Shown here piece by piece: positions 24,849-39,100 of a stretch of DNA of 64,000 bases (positions are counted from its first letter, which is position 1; the number at the start of each line of letters is the position of its first letter). Source of the DNA: Octopus vulgaris. Taxonomy: Eukaryota. A program made the translations under genes and the position numbers. The stretch is taken from the NCBI GenBank assembly GCA_951406725.2, contig OX597828.1, positions 44,764,001 through 44,828,000 of the forward strand, read 5' to 3'. Below the pieces are notes generated by a model. The model saw nothing but the letters and a program-made list of their open reading frames with translations. It made no database searches and was not told the origin of the DNA.

Positions 24849-25125
24849 CTTTATTTAAAGCAGCAGAAAATTCAACAAAACCTGTTACTCTGAGTTTCCC
24901 GTTGCCGTTCATCGGACAGTTTTTGCTAGCAAAAACAGTCCGATAAACGGCAATGGGAAACTCAGAGTAACAGGTAGCAAAAACTGTCCGATGAACGGCA
25001 ACGGGAAACTCAGAGTAACAGGTTTTGTTGAATTTTCTGCTGCTTTAAATAAAGCATATTACTCTACCTCTGGTATTTGAGTACTCTTTTTTCCACCTTG
25101 TTTCACATTTATGTGTTTACTCTAG
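24849..25125 (+). mobile_element. Fold-back Penelope-like terminal-repeat element with three hammerhead copies, embedded in (TA)n
   Basis: Inverted arm 24849-24927 about the gctagc axis; 48-bp tandem duplication; unpaired tail to about 25125. Confidence 0.7.
24984..25021 (+). ncRNA. Minimal hammerhead ribozyme, C4 variant (mirror copy 24882-24919 minus; damaged copy 24936-24973)
   Basis: CTGT-CCGATGA-A-CG-GCAA-CG-G-GAAA-CTC-A-GAG-TA-ACAG. Confidence 0.7.
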
Positions 25126-25131
25126 TATATA

Positions 25132-25246
<115 letters not shown>

Positions 25247-25290
25247 ATATATGTATAGATATATATATATTCATTTATATGTATTCTGTT

Positions 25291-25619
25291 TTACTCTTTT
25301 ACTTGTTTCAGTCATTTGACTGTGGCCATGCTAGAGCACTGCCTTTAATCGTGCAAATGGACCCCAGGATGTATTCTTTGTAAGCCTAGTACTTATTCTA
25401 TCGATCTCTTTTGATGAAACGCTAAGTTACGGGGACATAAACACTCGAGTATCGGTTGTCAGACAATGTTGGCGAGGACAAACAGGCACAAAACACACAC
25501 ACACACACACACACATACATATATATGATGAGCTTCTTTCAGTTTCCATCTACCAAATCCACTCACAAGGCTTTGGTCAGCCCGAGGCTATAGTAGAAGA
25601 CACTTGCCCAAGGTGTCAC
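25291..25619 (-). mobile_element. SINE family A, head truncated
   Basis: Homologous to other family A copies. Confidence 0.85.
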
Positions 25620-25902
25620 ATATATACATATATATATATATGTGCATGTGTATGTATGTTGTATGTATGTATGTATATGGTGATATTGAATAGCGAGAAT
25701 GGGTGCTCATCACTGTGTTGGTAGATAGATATTCTTTATTTATGAGTTTACAATGCTACCATTGGTTTCATGCAAAGACAATTTCTTAGCAATTATCAAA
25801 CCTGCCACATGAGACTTTGGTATTTGTCTCTAAGACGGAGATGAAGATCAATGCCCCATGTTCAGCAGGGCCTTGATAATTTTATGTTCAATAAAATATA
25901 AT

Positions 25903-25962
<60 letters not shown>

Positions 25963-26040
25963 TTCAAAATGCGACCGCGTGTGTACCGTTGGAGATTTTT
26001 TTTCTCTGTCTTCCCTTCTCTGGATCTTTCCTTCTCCTAT

Positions 26041-26075
26041 GTTTCCGACGAAGAGCTCCGCTCGAAACGTTACAC
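26041..26075 (+). ncRNA. Hammerhead-like motif (core CCGACGA) in a Penelope-like terminal repeat (about 25965-26168)
   Basis: GTTT-CCGACGA-A-GAGC-TCC-GCTC-GAAA-CGTTA. Confidence 0.55.
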
Positions 26076-26410
26076 CCTCCTTCTTACCTTCCTTCCTGAG
26101 CGTCCAATAATACTATATTTGTTCCACATCCTCGCGTTGTTGTGTTTTCATGTTTCGATTAACTTTATATGTATGTATACACACACAGACACACACACAT
26201 ACACATATAAGTTAATGCCTACACATTTTTCTCTCTCCTTTCTTTTTCATTCTCTCTCTCTTTCATTCTCTTTTTTCCTCTCAATCCTTTCTGATGGAGG
26301 ACGTAGGCTCAAAATGCCAATGACTTTTCCATTTTTCCTAAGCATTATGCTAATACACCTATTTGTTGTTCCTTCACCTGTCTTCATCTTTTGTTTTCTG
26401 TAAATTTGAA

Positions 26411-26462
<52 letters not shown>

Positions 26463-26876
26463 TTATATATTAGTATAAGGCAAGGGATGATCTCAAAACG
26501 GTTACCAGTTTGCTCTCGGGGATTCAAAATATGTTATTCAACAGTTAACATATAAATCCAATAAAGTTCTTGTAATATAAGAAATTAGATGAATATTCCG
26601 TTGGATAATTCTAAATATATTTCCTTAAGCATATAGGTTTCCTGGAGTATAGATATTGTCAATATTGAAATATTAATAGTTATCGCCAGGCTTACATGGA
26701 TGTCCAGAAAAATAGGACGAATGCTGCCATTGATTAGCTCCAAGAGGCCATCGCCTCTAGCTAGCTATGTGACACATGAACCTGTGTCCATTATAACCTT
26801 CGAACAGGGGAGGTCAGCCGCTTCTCCTTACTGGTCAGGCATCTGTAGACTAGTTTCAGGGTATTTGCCCCTTATC

Positions 26877-26911
<35 letters not shown>

Positions 26912-27580
26912 CAATAATAATAATAACATCGAAAAATACCTTAGGAATGAGAACCCAGGTTTGAAATTTCGCCAAACCACCTGATGAAGGTTGGAGGGAA
27001 TATCAGCCAAAAAGTGTTAATAACAAACAAGATGAGGAGAAATATCCGTCAAATGTAAATAATGTACATAATTCCTCATCTCTTAAATATAGAACTGTAT
27101 AGCCATGGTGTTTCAGAATTGTAATGAGTTGGAAGAAACAACACATGAACATTTTGTTTAATTTACCACCAATTCTTCCAGTTCACCACCTTAGAGACAC
27201 ACCTTTATATAGCATAACACATACATATATAGATGCACACACATAGATGCATATGAATAAACATGTATGCACACAGACACAACAGAAATGCTCTTATATG
27301 TATAGAACCTATATACAGACATGTATACATAAACTATGTACACACAAACACGCATAGAGAGAGAGAATTGCTGGCTTGAATGTACTCTAGACATGGAGCT
27401 GTGTCCCATTGACATTGAACTATAAATCTCCGAATATAAAATAGTTGTGTCATATTACAGTAATCTCTTTATGCTTTCTACATTTAGAGAATTATTAAAT
27501 TATGAGACACTTTACACTCATACAACAAGCATACAAATGCATTTGTATTGATTTTGCATTCATAACGTACATACATACAA

Positions 27581-27614
<34 letters not shown>

Positions 27615-27789
27615 AAGAACACAAATCTATTTAGACGCATACATATATTTATATATGCTCACACATACACATACGCACGCGCGCACACATATATATACAG
27701 AGAGAGATGTGTTGTGTGTATGTATGTGTGTATGTATACGTATGAATGTATATATGAATATATATGTTTATAACTATGTATGTCCATCC

Positions 27790-27814
27790 ATCCATCAATC
27801 TATCTATCTATCTA

Positions 27815-27863
<49 letters not shown>

Positions 27864-28095
27864 ATGTATGTATGTCTGTCTGTCTGTCTATCTATCTTTC
27901 TATATATCTATCTATCTGCCTGTCTGTCTATCTATCTGCCTGTCTGTCTATCTATCTGCCTGTCTGTCTATCTATCTATCTATCTGCCTGTCTGTCTATC
28001 TATCTATCTATCTGCCTGTCTGTCTATCTATCTGCCTGTCTGTCAATCTATCTATCTATCTGCCTGTCTGTCTATCTATCTGCCTGTCTGTCTAC
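27790..28095. repeat. (TCTA)n/(TCTG)n with 20-bp higher-order unit tctatctgcctgtctgtcta
   Basis: Direct reading. Confidence 0.9.
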
Positions 28096-28498
28096 ATCCA
28101 AATAAATACACACACACACACACACACACACATGTATATGTATTATTTACATGTTTATATACATGTGTTCCAGAATGTGTATTTGTGAAATCACATGGCT
28201 TATTGGTTAGAGGTGTCTGTCTCATGACTGTCAGATTGTGGTTTTAATTCCTAGACCAGGCAATGTATTGTATTCTTAAGCAAAACACTTCATTTCACAT
28301 TGCTCCAGTGCATTTAGCAGACAAAAGTGAGTAATTTTGTAATGGACTGGCATTCCATCCAGGAGTTGGGAAGAATACATACACTACAGAACTCAAGAAA
28401 CCATCATTATCAGACTATGGCTCAGGAAAGACCTTTGCTCCTATGCTCCTATATATATATATATATATATAGAAATATATATATATATATAAATATAT

Positions 28499-28927
28499 AG
28501 GTGTAGGAATGGCTGTGTGGTAAGTAGCTTGCTTACCAACCACATGGTTCTGGGTTCTGTCCCACTGCATGGCACCTTGGGCAAGTGTCTTCTACTATAG
28601 CCTCGAGCCGACCAAAGCCTTGTGAGTGGATTTGGTAGACGGAAACTGAAAGAAGCCTGTCGTATATATATGTATATGTATATATATATATATGTGTGTG
28701 TGTTTGTGTGTCTGTGTTTGTCCCCCCACCCAACATTGCTTGACAACCGATGCTGGTGTGCTTACGTCCCCGTAACTTAGCGGTTCGGCAAAAAGAGACC
28801 GATAGAATAAGTACTAGGCTTCCAAAGTATAAGTCCTAGGGTCGATTTGCTCGATTAAAAAAGGTGGTGCTCCAGCATGGCCACAGTCAAATGACTGAAA
28901 CAAGTAAAAGAGTAAAGAGTAAAGAGT
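28499..28927 (+). mobile_element. SINE family A
   Basis: Full head and tail. Confidence 0.9.
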
Positions 28928-28929
28928 AA

Positions 28930-28975
<46 letters not shown>

Positions 28976-29322
28976 CATAATATCAAAGGGTAATCAGAAA
29001 TATTAGAAATTTCCATTACCAGTGGCCTAGCGTGTATAAAATTAAGTCAATAGACTATATATTATTCATATAAATAGAGTGTACATTTAAACTCATAAGA
29101 GGTAGCCATCATAGGACTACCTGCACACTAGAGAAGACAGTTAAATTCGAAACCACTATAGAGGATTTTCCCTTCAATATTTTATCCCTAATAGTAGTTT
29201 GGAATTTAACTGTCCTCTCTAGCGCACAGGTAGTCCTATGATGGCTACTTCTTATGTGTTTAAATGTACACTGTATTTATATATGTGTGTGTGTTTGTGT
29301 GTGTGTGTGTGCGTGTGTGTGT

Positions 29323-29570
29323 GGAGGTGCATGGCTTAGTTGTTAGGGTGTCAGCATCATGATTGTAAAATTGTGGTTTTGATTCTTGGACCAGGCAACG
29401 CGTTGTGTTCTTGAGCAAAACACTTCATTTCACGTTGCTCCAGTCCACTCAGCTGGCAAAAATGAGCAACGCTGCAATAGACTGGCGTCCTGTCCAGCTG
29501 GGGAACACATACGCCATAGAAACCGGGGAACTGGGCCCATGATCATGGCTAGGCTTTAAAAGGGCACATT

Positions 29571-29572
<2 letters not shown>
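29323..29572 (+). mobile_element. tRNA-derived SINE with V-domain-like centre (older copy at about 28190-28440)
   Basis: tggcttagttgttag head, ttgtgttcttgagcaaaacactt, gactggcgtcctgtccag. Confidence 0.7.
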
Positions 29573-29612
<40 letters not shown>

Positions 29613-29625
29613 TCATATATATATA

Positions 29626-30878
29626 CATGGTGTGGTGGGTAAATTGTCACCATTATACATTTTTAATTTCATGCATTTACATTGTTTGTTATTGATTTTG
29701 TCAACTACACAGTATAGTAGGGTCAGTTGGGCACCATCTGTGAGAAAAACAGCACCATGATGCAATTCACTCAAGCAGAAATTTGGAAACAATAAGCTGT
29801 TTGGAAATGACATGCTGTACTGCTTGGCATTCATGCCAGAAGCTGTAGTTTAAACATTTTAGAGTGTTTGGATGTCAATCTGAGGACAGTGCCGAGGTTT
29901 CGGAAAAAACTTGGATGAGTCAAATGGCAGCCTGGAAAACTCACTCTGATTGTTCTGATAAGAAAAGAACTCCTGTAGTAGTTAATGAGATGCAGGCCAT
30001 GATTGACAATGCTCCCTCCAAGTCAATCCAGTCCATCACCAGGGACATGGGAGTGTCTGAGTTTCTTATCAGGCAGGTAGCGTGTGAAGACATTCAGTAT
30101 TCCTCATACAAGATGAGAAAGGACCAAATTTATCCCAAGCCATTAAGGACAAGAGGAAAGATCACATTATGATGCTTTTAAGCAAACTCAAGCATCCCCT
30201 CCAACCGAACACACTTTGGTTTTTCTCAGACGAGAAAAATTTCTGCCAGGATCAGATGGTGAACACACAAAACAACCATTGGTTTGCTGTGTCCCCAAAG
30301 CATGTACTGAGAGTGATAAAAATCAAACATCCAGTCAAGATCATGGTGTTTGGTGTGATCACTAGTGATGGTGACGTTATGCCTCCATTCATCTTCTCAC
30401 ACAGCTTCAGACTCAACATGGAGGCTTTCATCAAGTGCCTGGAGGAGGTAGTGCTGCCCTGAGTAAAGATGGTTGTTGCTGGAAGACCCTATGTCAGGCA
30501 ACAGGACTCTGCATCATGCTGCACAAGCAGGAGAACACAATCATGGGTGTTAGACAATTTCCGCGACCACATCACCCCTAACATCTGGTCACCAAACTTC
30601 CCAGACTGCAATCCCCTTGAATATTATGTGTGAAGTGCAGTTGAAAAAGACACCAATGAAACTCCTTGTAACACCAAAGATGAACTGAAGGCAAGGATTA
30701 TGGCAGCATTCACCAACTTAAACAAGGAGACCATCCAGAAGAGTGACAAGGGATTCTGAAGTCATCTGGAGGTGATGGTTGAAACCACTGACGATTTTAT
30801 TGAATAAATTTTCTCTTTATTATTCAAGATATTTTTTGTGTAATTTTGGTAAATATATCTGTTAAAATGAGATGTCAG
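29626..30878 (+). mobile_element. Degenerate DD37D (maT-type) Tc1/mariner element; right end interrupted
   Basis: TA|catggtgtgg start; FFSDEKNF, MVFGVITSDG, QQDSA with 37 residues to the third acidic position (PDCNPLEYY); stops and frameshifts present. Confidence 0.88.
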
Positions 30879-30879
30879 A

Positions 30880-31085
30880 TGCAGCACGGATTTTTGTCAG
30901 TGAACAGGTCGCGGTCTTATAGCGACGAAAATACTTTGACAAATTAAACTTAAATGTTGAAGTGAATCGAACGGCTTTTGTGTGTTTCTTAAATGGCTTA
31001 CAAACACCTTCCACGCTGCAATTGTTTTCGTTTCAGCACACGATCTCTGATCAAATCACTTGCTATGCAAGTACATCCCAGTATT
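30880..31085 (+). mobile_element. Penelope-like terminal repeat (same family as 51703-51915) with decayed hammerhead fold
   Basis: Shares aatgttgaagtgaatcgaacgg...gtacatc with 51784-51915; tttgtca...GTCGC-loop-GCGAC-GAAA...tgacaaa. Confidence 0.6.
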
Positions 31086-31439
31086 ATTTTCATTTTTGTA
31101 TAATTTAGACGACAATATTTTCACTACATGTATATATAAAATTATGCCAAATAGACCTCACCAGTTCTGTTGCTATGTAAAAAGCACCACTACACTCTGT
31201 AACATGGTTGACATTAGGAAAGTCATCCAGCTGTAAAAGCCATGCCAAAAGAGACAGTGAAGCTTGGTGCAGTCCTCTGGTTTGCTGGCTCCTGTCAAGC
31301 CATCCAACCCATGCCAGCATGGGAAATGGATGTTAAATGATTATGATGATGACGATGATGATTATAAGCACAGGGTGTGAGGGGTGTTTCAGGATGCTTA
31401 ATTATTACCCTTTTCAAATCTATTAAAAGGCTTGTATTC

Positions 31440-31765
31440 TATTCAAAACCCACATGTTAGATAAGGTCCTTGTACAGGAAATGCAAGGCCATATATGGTA
31501 GCAGGATCCACCTCTTTGCCATACCTGCAATCATAAGTGATTGGTGGAGAATTTCTACAACATCACCAGTGCAATTTTTGGCCTCCTAATTCCTACAAGG
31601 GTAATCTCATGGAATACTATGTATGAAACATAATTAAGAAAAACACCAACTGCTCAGCCTACAAAACCAAGGTGGAGCTGCTGGCCAAGATCAAGGAGAT
31701 GTTTGAAGATCAAGGACGAGATTCCCAGGGACACAGTGAGGAATGCATGTACCAGGTTCTGAGGC
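31440..31765 (+). mobile_element. Highly decayed C-terminal fragment of a second DD37D-like transposase
   Basis: Remnants RPYIW*QD, FWPPNS, TKVELLAKIKEMFED, PRDTVRNACTRF. Confidence 0.7.
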
Positions 31766-32200
31766 CTTTGTCGTGGATTTTGTTCAACAATTACTTTCAA
31801 TTGTCCATTATTTAGATTGCATGACTGTCCTCTACCTTCTTCATATTCAAGGTTCTTATCACCACTATGGAATTTCTGAAACCACCTTCGTACTGTAAGA
31901 TCACTAGTGGACCCCTCTCCCCATGCTCTGTTGATATTGGCAGCAGTTTGGGAAGCATTGTGCCCAAGATTGAACTCATACAAGAAAAGAAAGCGAAGGT
32001 CCTTTTTTGTCATGATCGTAATTAAGGGCGCCCATGCTTCAAGAATCTATTCTGTCTGAAATAAGTAGAAAATTATTAAAGAGCACACATCAATTATCAA
32101 GTATGTCGAAATTCACCTAAAATATAATTAAAATACTATGAAAAAATTTGCATTTCAAAACACAACACTTAGAGCGGCCATTATTTTCAGAACAACCTAA
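31766..32200 (-). mobile_element. 5' fragment of a mariner element (Hsmar1-like HTH) with one TIR
   Basis: MTKKDLRFLFLYEFNLGHNASQTAANINRAWGEG...TVRRWFQKF...EEGRGQ; TA|ttaggttgttctgaaaataatggc TIR. Confidence 0.88.
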
Positions 32201-32297
32201 TATATATGTATGCATGCATGCATGCATGTATGTATGTATGTTACGTATGTTTGTGTGTATGTATATAATGAAAACAAAATTATAAGTAGATTAGATT

Positions 32298-32704
32298 AAG
32301 GAGTGGCTGTGTGGTAAGTAGCTTGTTTACCAACCACATGGTTCCGCGTTCAGTCTCACTGTGTGGCACCTTGGGCAAGTGCCTTCTGCTATAGCCTCGG
32401 GCCGACCAATGCCTTGTGAGTGGATTTGGTAGACGGAAACGGAAAGAAGCCCGTCGTATATATGTATATATATATATATATGCGTGTGTGTGTTTGTGTG
32501 TCTGTGTTTGTCCCCCTAGCATTGCTTGACAACCGATGCTGGTGTGTTTATGTCCCTGTTACTTTGCGGTTCGGCAAAAGAGACTGATAGAATAAGTACT
32601 GGGCTTACAAAAGAATAAGTCCTGGGGTCGAGTTGCTCGATTAAAGGCGGTGCTCCAGCATGGCCGCAGTCAATTGACTGAAACAAGTAAAAGAGTAAAA
32701 GAGT
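32298..32704 (+). mobile_element. SINE family A
   Basis: Full head and tail. Confidence 0.9.
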
Positions 32705-33056
32705 TGTTTTGAATTTGCTGTAGGAAGTGGTTTATATTTGTGGTGATGAGTTTGGGGTGGGGTGCTAGGAATGTGGCCTAGGTGCCAGTGGGGTGGCAGC
32801 CCTAGAAAATTCAGGAACCACAGTTCTAGAGGATACTGCTTGATTTTCTAAGATAGTTTTATTGTGGGAGGAGGTATTACATGCTCTTTTCCTTTTATGC
32901 AAACTGTCAAATATAGCCTGGATGTACTGTCATTAAACACTAAACACACACACTGTGAGTATATAATTTGTAAATAATTGAAATATGATTTTTCAATTTT
33001 AAAATATAGATGCATCATCCGGGCATACATGTATAAATACACACATACACACACAT

Positions 33057-33098
<42 letters not shown>

Positions 33099-33099
33099 G

Positions 33100-33154
<55 letters not shown>

Positions 33155-33163
33155 GTCTGTCTT

Positions 33164-33240
<77 letters not shown>

Positions 33241-33832
33241 CGAGAGAGAGAGAGAGAGAGATTGACAATATAATCTGAACATAAAGACATCCATATGTGT
33301 GTGTGTGTATTTATATATATGTGCATGTATGTGTGTGTATATATATATATAATATACATATGTATGTATATGTGTGTATGTATATATGTGTGTGTATGCG
33401 TATGTGTGCAGATGTGCTTGAGTGAGTATGTGTCCACACACAGTAGAGAAATTAGCAAATAAGAAAATAAAAAGACAAAAATAAGAAAAAACAGATAAAA
33501 ACAAGAAAAACAGCAACTAAATATCATAATATTCATCCGGGGAAAATTGCACAGCAATTCACTAATTGACTGATTCAGAGCTTACCAACCAATAAAACAG
33601 AATATATGAAAGTACGTGTGTGTATGTGTGTGTATGTGTGTGTATGTGTGTGTGTGTATACATATATGTGTATGTACAAATATACATGTATCTGTATACA
33701 TATATATCAGTGTATGTGTGTGTGTTTATATATGTGTATGAATATATATATATATATGTATGTTTATATGTGCGTTTAAATATATATGCATATGTGTGTG
33801 TGTATATATATATATATACATACATATATATA

Positions 33833-33889
<57 letters not shown>

Positions 33890-33895
33890 ATATAC

Positions 33896-33976
<81 letters not shown>

Positions 33977-34198
33977 CATATATATATCAACATATATATA
34001 CATATATATATATCAACATCACCAAAGACAAACACTACTATAATTGCAGTTTAATATCACTTAGTTGTAAATAACACATCCTTTATGTCATGATATTACA
34101 AGCTATTACATGTTATTATGTGATTTTCTCCTCTTATCGCATTTCTGGCACACACACACATGTACACATTCACACATACATACATACATATATGTATT

Positions 34199-34230
<32 letters not shown>

Positions 34231-34235
34231 CATAT

Positions 34236-34279
<44 letters not shown>

Positions 34280-34827
34280 ATGTATATGCACATGTATAAA
34301 AATGAGCAGAATGAGATAAAAAATCCAAGGCTATGAAAGATTTCAGAACATTTATAAAGAGGTCTTACAGCAGTTTGCAGGATATTTTATATATCCCTTC
34401 ATCTGTGACGGTGTGCTAAAATGGTTAAGCAAATATTTATTATAGAGAAGATATGAAATACAGAGTGAAGTGGAGGAAAGAAAATAGAAGTGAGATATAT
34501 AAGGATATTGCATCTGTAGTTTCGTTATTTGAGCAGAATGGTGTATATATATAAGTTTCCTATACCCTTATTTTTCTTGACACCATTACTTCTCATAACC
34601 TCGATATATATATACATATATATATATATATATTTATATAAATATATATATATATATACATAGTGACGTATATTTGCCATTTCAATATGGCTAACCCCTA
34701 AGGGTGGATGCTACTGTAGTTTTTAGCCCCAGGAGGACACACTCCTCCAGCTGGCCATAGACACACTTTCTGTGTCCTGTCAGTATTTGCAAAGGGAAGT
34801 CATCCTTCCCGTCTTCAACTTATGATA

Positions 34828-34866
34828 CACACGGACTCGAGTTTCGAGGTATTGACCTCTCGTCAA
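34828..34866 (-). ncRNA. 5'-clipped hammerhead ribozyme in a Penelope-like repeat (34662-34866)
   Basis: (t)TGACGA-GAGGT-CAAT-ACCTC-GAAA-CTCGAG-TC-CGTGTG. Confidence 0.7.
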
Positions 34867-34949
34867 TATATACATACATACAAGTATATATGTGTGTGTA
34901 TGTATATATTTTCTGTATACATATATGAGTGGTCATGGAAATGAGACTG

Positions 34950-35180
34950 GGTGGTGAGCTGGCAGAAACGTTAGCACACCAGGCAGAATGCATAGTGATA
35001 TTTCATCTGCCGTTATGTTCTGAGTTCAAATTCCGCCGAGGTTGACTTTGCCTTTCATCCTTTCGGGGTCGATAAATTAAGTACCAGTCAAGTACTGGGG
35101 TCGATGTAATCGACTTAATCCCTTTGTCTGTCCTTGTTTGTCCCCTCTATGTTTAGCCCCTTGTTGTGGGCAATAAAGAA
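34950..35180 (+). mobile_element. SINE family B
   Basis: Homologous to 13348-13564. Confidence 0.88.
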
Positions 35181-35287
35181 ACAAGGAAATGAGATTGGGC
35201 CCCAGTTATGTGAACCTGTTCATCAGCTATGTTGAGGCCCAAATATTCTCAAAGTTCACTGGTCCTACTCCAGAGTTATATAGTTAA

Positions 35288-35660
35288 CTAGCAGTATCGC
35301 CCGGCATTGCTCGGATTTGTAAGGGAAATAACTATAAAGCGTTTTTAGAGAGTTATAGCCAAAAAATAGCAAAAAAATGATGGTAAATTTTTTTTAAATC
35401 GTTGACTCATCGTAGACATTTTTAGAGAGTTACTTCCCTTATATGATAGAGAAAAGATGCATTAAAATGGAAAAAATGATGGTAAATTATTTTAAAAATC
35501 GTAGACTCATCGTAGACGTGCGCTAATACCCAGAAGGGCTCGATATCAATCACGACTATAAGATACCCGGTTTTGGTTAAACTGCACCGCAAAATGCGGG
35601 AGTAGTTAGGAATCTAAATCGTAGGAGACAGACACACAACCTTACTTTTATATATAAAGA
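35288..35660 (-). mobile_element. Complete non-autonomous Helitron-type element (373 bp)
   Basis: Minus strand A|TCTTTATATATAAAA...ccgagcaatgccgggcg hairpin...CTAG|T: TC start, CTAG end, A-T insertion site, no TSD. Confidence 0.85.
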
Positions 35661-35714
35661 TATACTGATGACTGTAACAGCAAGATTTCACTCTCTTGCA
35701 AGCATCATGACTCC

Positions 35715-35860
35715 TTCCTCTTTAGCATTCAGTCCTTTCATCCTGCCCCCTAATTCTGTTCTGTTTCCAACAGCTCCATCAACTTTCTTGAGATTTCTAT
35801 CTCCACTATTCTTGTCTTACCACCTCCATCCATTATAAACCTGCAGACTCTCACTCCTAT
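35715..35860 (+). pseudogene. Penelope-like reverse transcriptase fragment
   Basis: Reads SFHPAP*FCSVSNSSINFLEISIS...LTTSIPXYKPADSHSY, matching the PLE RT N.FHP..F....SINFLD...Y.KPTDSH motif. Confidence 0.7.
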
Positions 35861-36277
35861 ACTCTTTACTCTATTACTTGTTTCAGTCATTTGACTGCGG
35901 CCATGCTGGAGCACAGCCTTTATAGTCAAGCAAATCGATCCCAGCGCTTATTCTTTGTAAGCCTAGTACTTATTCGATCAGTCTCTTTTGCCGAACCGGT
36001 AGGTTACGGGGACGAAAACACACCAGCATCGGTTGTCAAGCAATGTTGGTGGGGACAAACACTGACACACAAATATATACACACACATATATATGTATAT
36101 ATATACATATATATGACGGGCTTCTATCAGTTTCCGTCTACCAAATCCATTCACAAGGCTTTGGTCAGCCCGAGGCTATAGTAGAAGACACTTGCCCAAG
36201 GTGCCATGGAGTGGGACTGAACCCGAAACAATGTGGTTTGTAAGCAAGCTACTTACCACACAGCCAATCCTATGCCT
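35861..36277 (-). mobile_element. SINE family A
   Basis: Full head and tail. Confidence 0.9.
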
Positions 36278-36644
36278 CATATATAAATATATATATACAT
36301 ATATACATATATGTATGTATATATATACATACATAGATATATATACATACATATACAAGCACACACACACACACACACACATATATGCATAATTATTTAT
36401 ATTGAACACTTCTTTGAAACCAGAAAATCTCTTTTATATAGCTGCCAGCAAAGTCGCATTCAAACTGAATTTATTTATATGAAGTCCAGAGTATTTCACT
36501 TGGACACAGAACTTGTTATTTTCTTAAAGACTGCTACATCGATAATTAAATTGTTTTTATTGTAAATACGTGTATATGTGTGTGTCTGAATATATATGTA
36601 TATATATGTGTGTGTGTATGTATAAATATATATGTATGTGTGTG

Positions 36645-36690
<46 letters not shown>

Positions 36691-37271
36691 CATATGTATG
36701 CATGTATGTATGTATATATTTTTAGTAATTTCCCATTCGGCTTCTTAAGGGGATACCATCTTCCAGAGTTTAATATCTAACAAGTTTACTATTCCAACGT
36801 ACTTTGATATTGGTATTTACTATCATGCTTAGTTTAAATGCTTGCAAGGTATCTATTCCAAATCTATTGCCTTGCAGCCTGTTGGTATGACATGAGAAAT
36901 ACAAAACTATCATCTTTTTAATGGCCTATATCAAGGTAATGGGATATCCTTTGGAGCAAGTATTAAACATATACATCAAGGATATTACAGACTTGGGGAT
37001 CATCATAAATATTGATTGATATATTAAATCACTGATTACCATTTTGTTGGACCTAGTTAAGGCCATAAAGAATCCTAAAGTGTTTCTAGCCTGCATTCTT
37101 TATGTTTCTGGTGTTGATATCATTTATAGCTACACCTGTATGGTTATCTCCAATTTGTCTGCACGTGGTCTTACGGTAATTTAATTAACATGTTTGTAAC
37201 ATACACGCGTATCTTTATGCACATGCATACATAAATAGATATATTTATTCACACGCACACATGCACAAACA

Positions 37272-37305
<34 letters not shown>

Positions 37306-37306
37306 C

Positions 37307-37337
<31 letters not shown>

Positions 37338-37381
37338 CATATATATATGTATATATATATATGTATATATATATGTATATA

Positions 37382-37502
<121 letters not shown>

Positions 37503-37559
37503 GTAAATATAATACGTGATAAATATTCGGTAGCCATGATAAAAAAAGCTATTAAAATT

Positions 37560-37590
<31 letters not shown>

Positions 37591-37992
37591 GTATATATAT
37601 ATATCTGTAAATATAATACGTGATAAATATTCGGTAGCCATGATAAAAAAAGCTATGAAAATGACCCCATTTTCATAGCATTTTTTTCAATGGCCCAATA
37701 ACTGAAGAGATGCCAGCGTGGGTTTTATCATGGCAACTCAGAGTTTTACCATGGCTACCGAATAATTGTCACATATTATATTTACAGATGAATTCCTCTA
37801 TTTACATAATATCGAGGTCTCTTTCATTCTTTTGTTGTTTTGCCATTTCTATCAATTTATATATTAAATTTGGTAATTTAATTTGCATAAAACTTCTTTG
37901 ATGTAATCAATGACATAGTCATCCAAAAAACAAGAAGTTCATGGTTGCAATCCTGTGGGTGGTTCAGGCTTTGTATTTCAAGTTGCACCTAA

Positions 37993-38255
37993 AGTATGGT
38001 ATGGACATGTGTTGAGGAGGGATGAGGAGCATGTTCTGAAGAGGGTGCTAGAGTTGAGGTAAAGGGACAGTGAAAGCGAAGTGGACTGAGGAAAATGTGG
38101 AAGGGACAGGTGGAGGAGGAGGAGGAGATTGGGAGGGTTGGCTTGAGAAGGGAGGACGCCCAAAACCGGGCAAGATGGTGAGATGGTGTGAGGGTGGTTG
38201 CTATGGCATTAACAAAACCTAAATTCAAAATAATGGATGATGGATGATGATGATC
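37993..38255 (+). mobile_element. RTE-type LINE 3' fragment
   Basis: VWYGHVLRRDEEHVLKRVLEL...GLRREDAQNRARW with frameshifts; GAT tail. Confidence 0.8.
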
Positions 38256-38538
38256 CTGTCCATGAGAAAATCACAGACTTCAGCATATACATGATCACAA
38301 AAACACAAATTTCACATCATGTGAAGTGTGCACTGTGATGTCATTTGGCACACTGCCTCATGAAGGTCACTGCTAGCTCTCAGCATGCATGCAACCATGT
38401 GCTGCCATCTGTTGGTGCACTATGGAACTAGTCTGGGAACCTTTTAATGTGTACATGTGTGTGCGTGAGAATGCATATATATAGACATACATATATCTAT
38501 ATTTAAGCACACACACACATGTATATATATATATACAA

Positions 38539-38650
<112 letters not shown>

Positions 38651-38953
38651 ATGTATATGTGTGTGTGTTACTAGATATTGTTTTAATATTCAGCATGAAA
38701 TTATCAAAATAATATTGAAATGAAATTAAAGTCGCTTCAGTATTAAAGAATTCTTTCTGAAGAAATTGAAAATTTAATTAAAAAGTAACAAGAAATAGCA
38801 ATTACTTGTATTTCTTTAAAATTCTTAATTATATTTCTTTTTAATATTTTCTTTCTTTACTTTTTACTATGGATTCAGTTATTTTGTCTTGACGCGAAAT
38901 TTTATAGTTTCAAGATTATTATTATTTATAGTTTCAAGATTATTATTATTATA

Positions 38954-38989
<36 letters not shown>

Positions 38990-39100
38990 TGTTTGACTAA
39001 AGTTGTTCGGTGTTGCTCTTTTGTTTGTTTTTGTTTACTTTTTTTTTTACTGTTTTGTTTATCGTCTATAAAGGTAACATGCTGGCAGAATCATTAGCAT

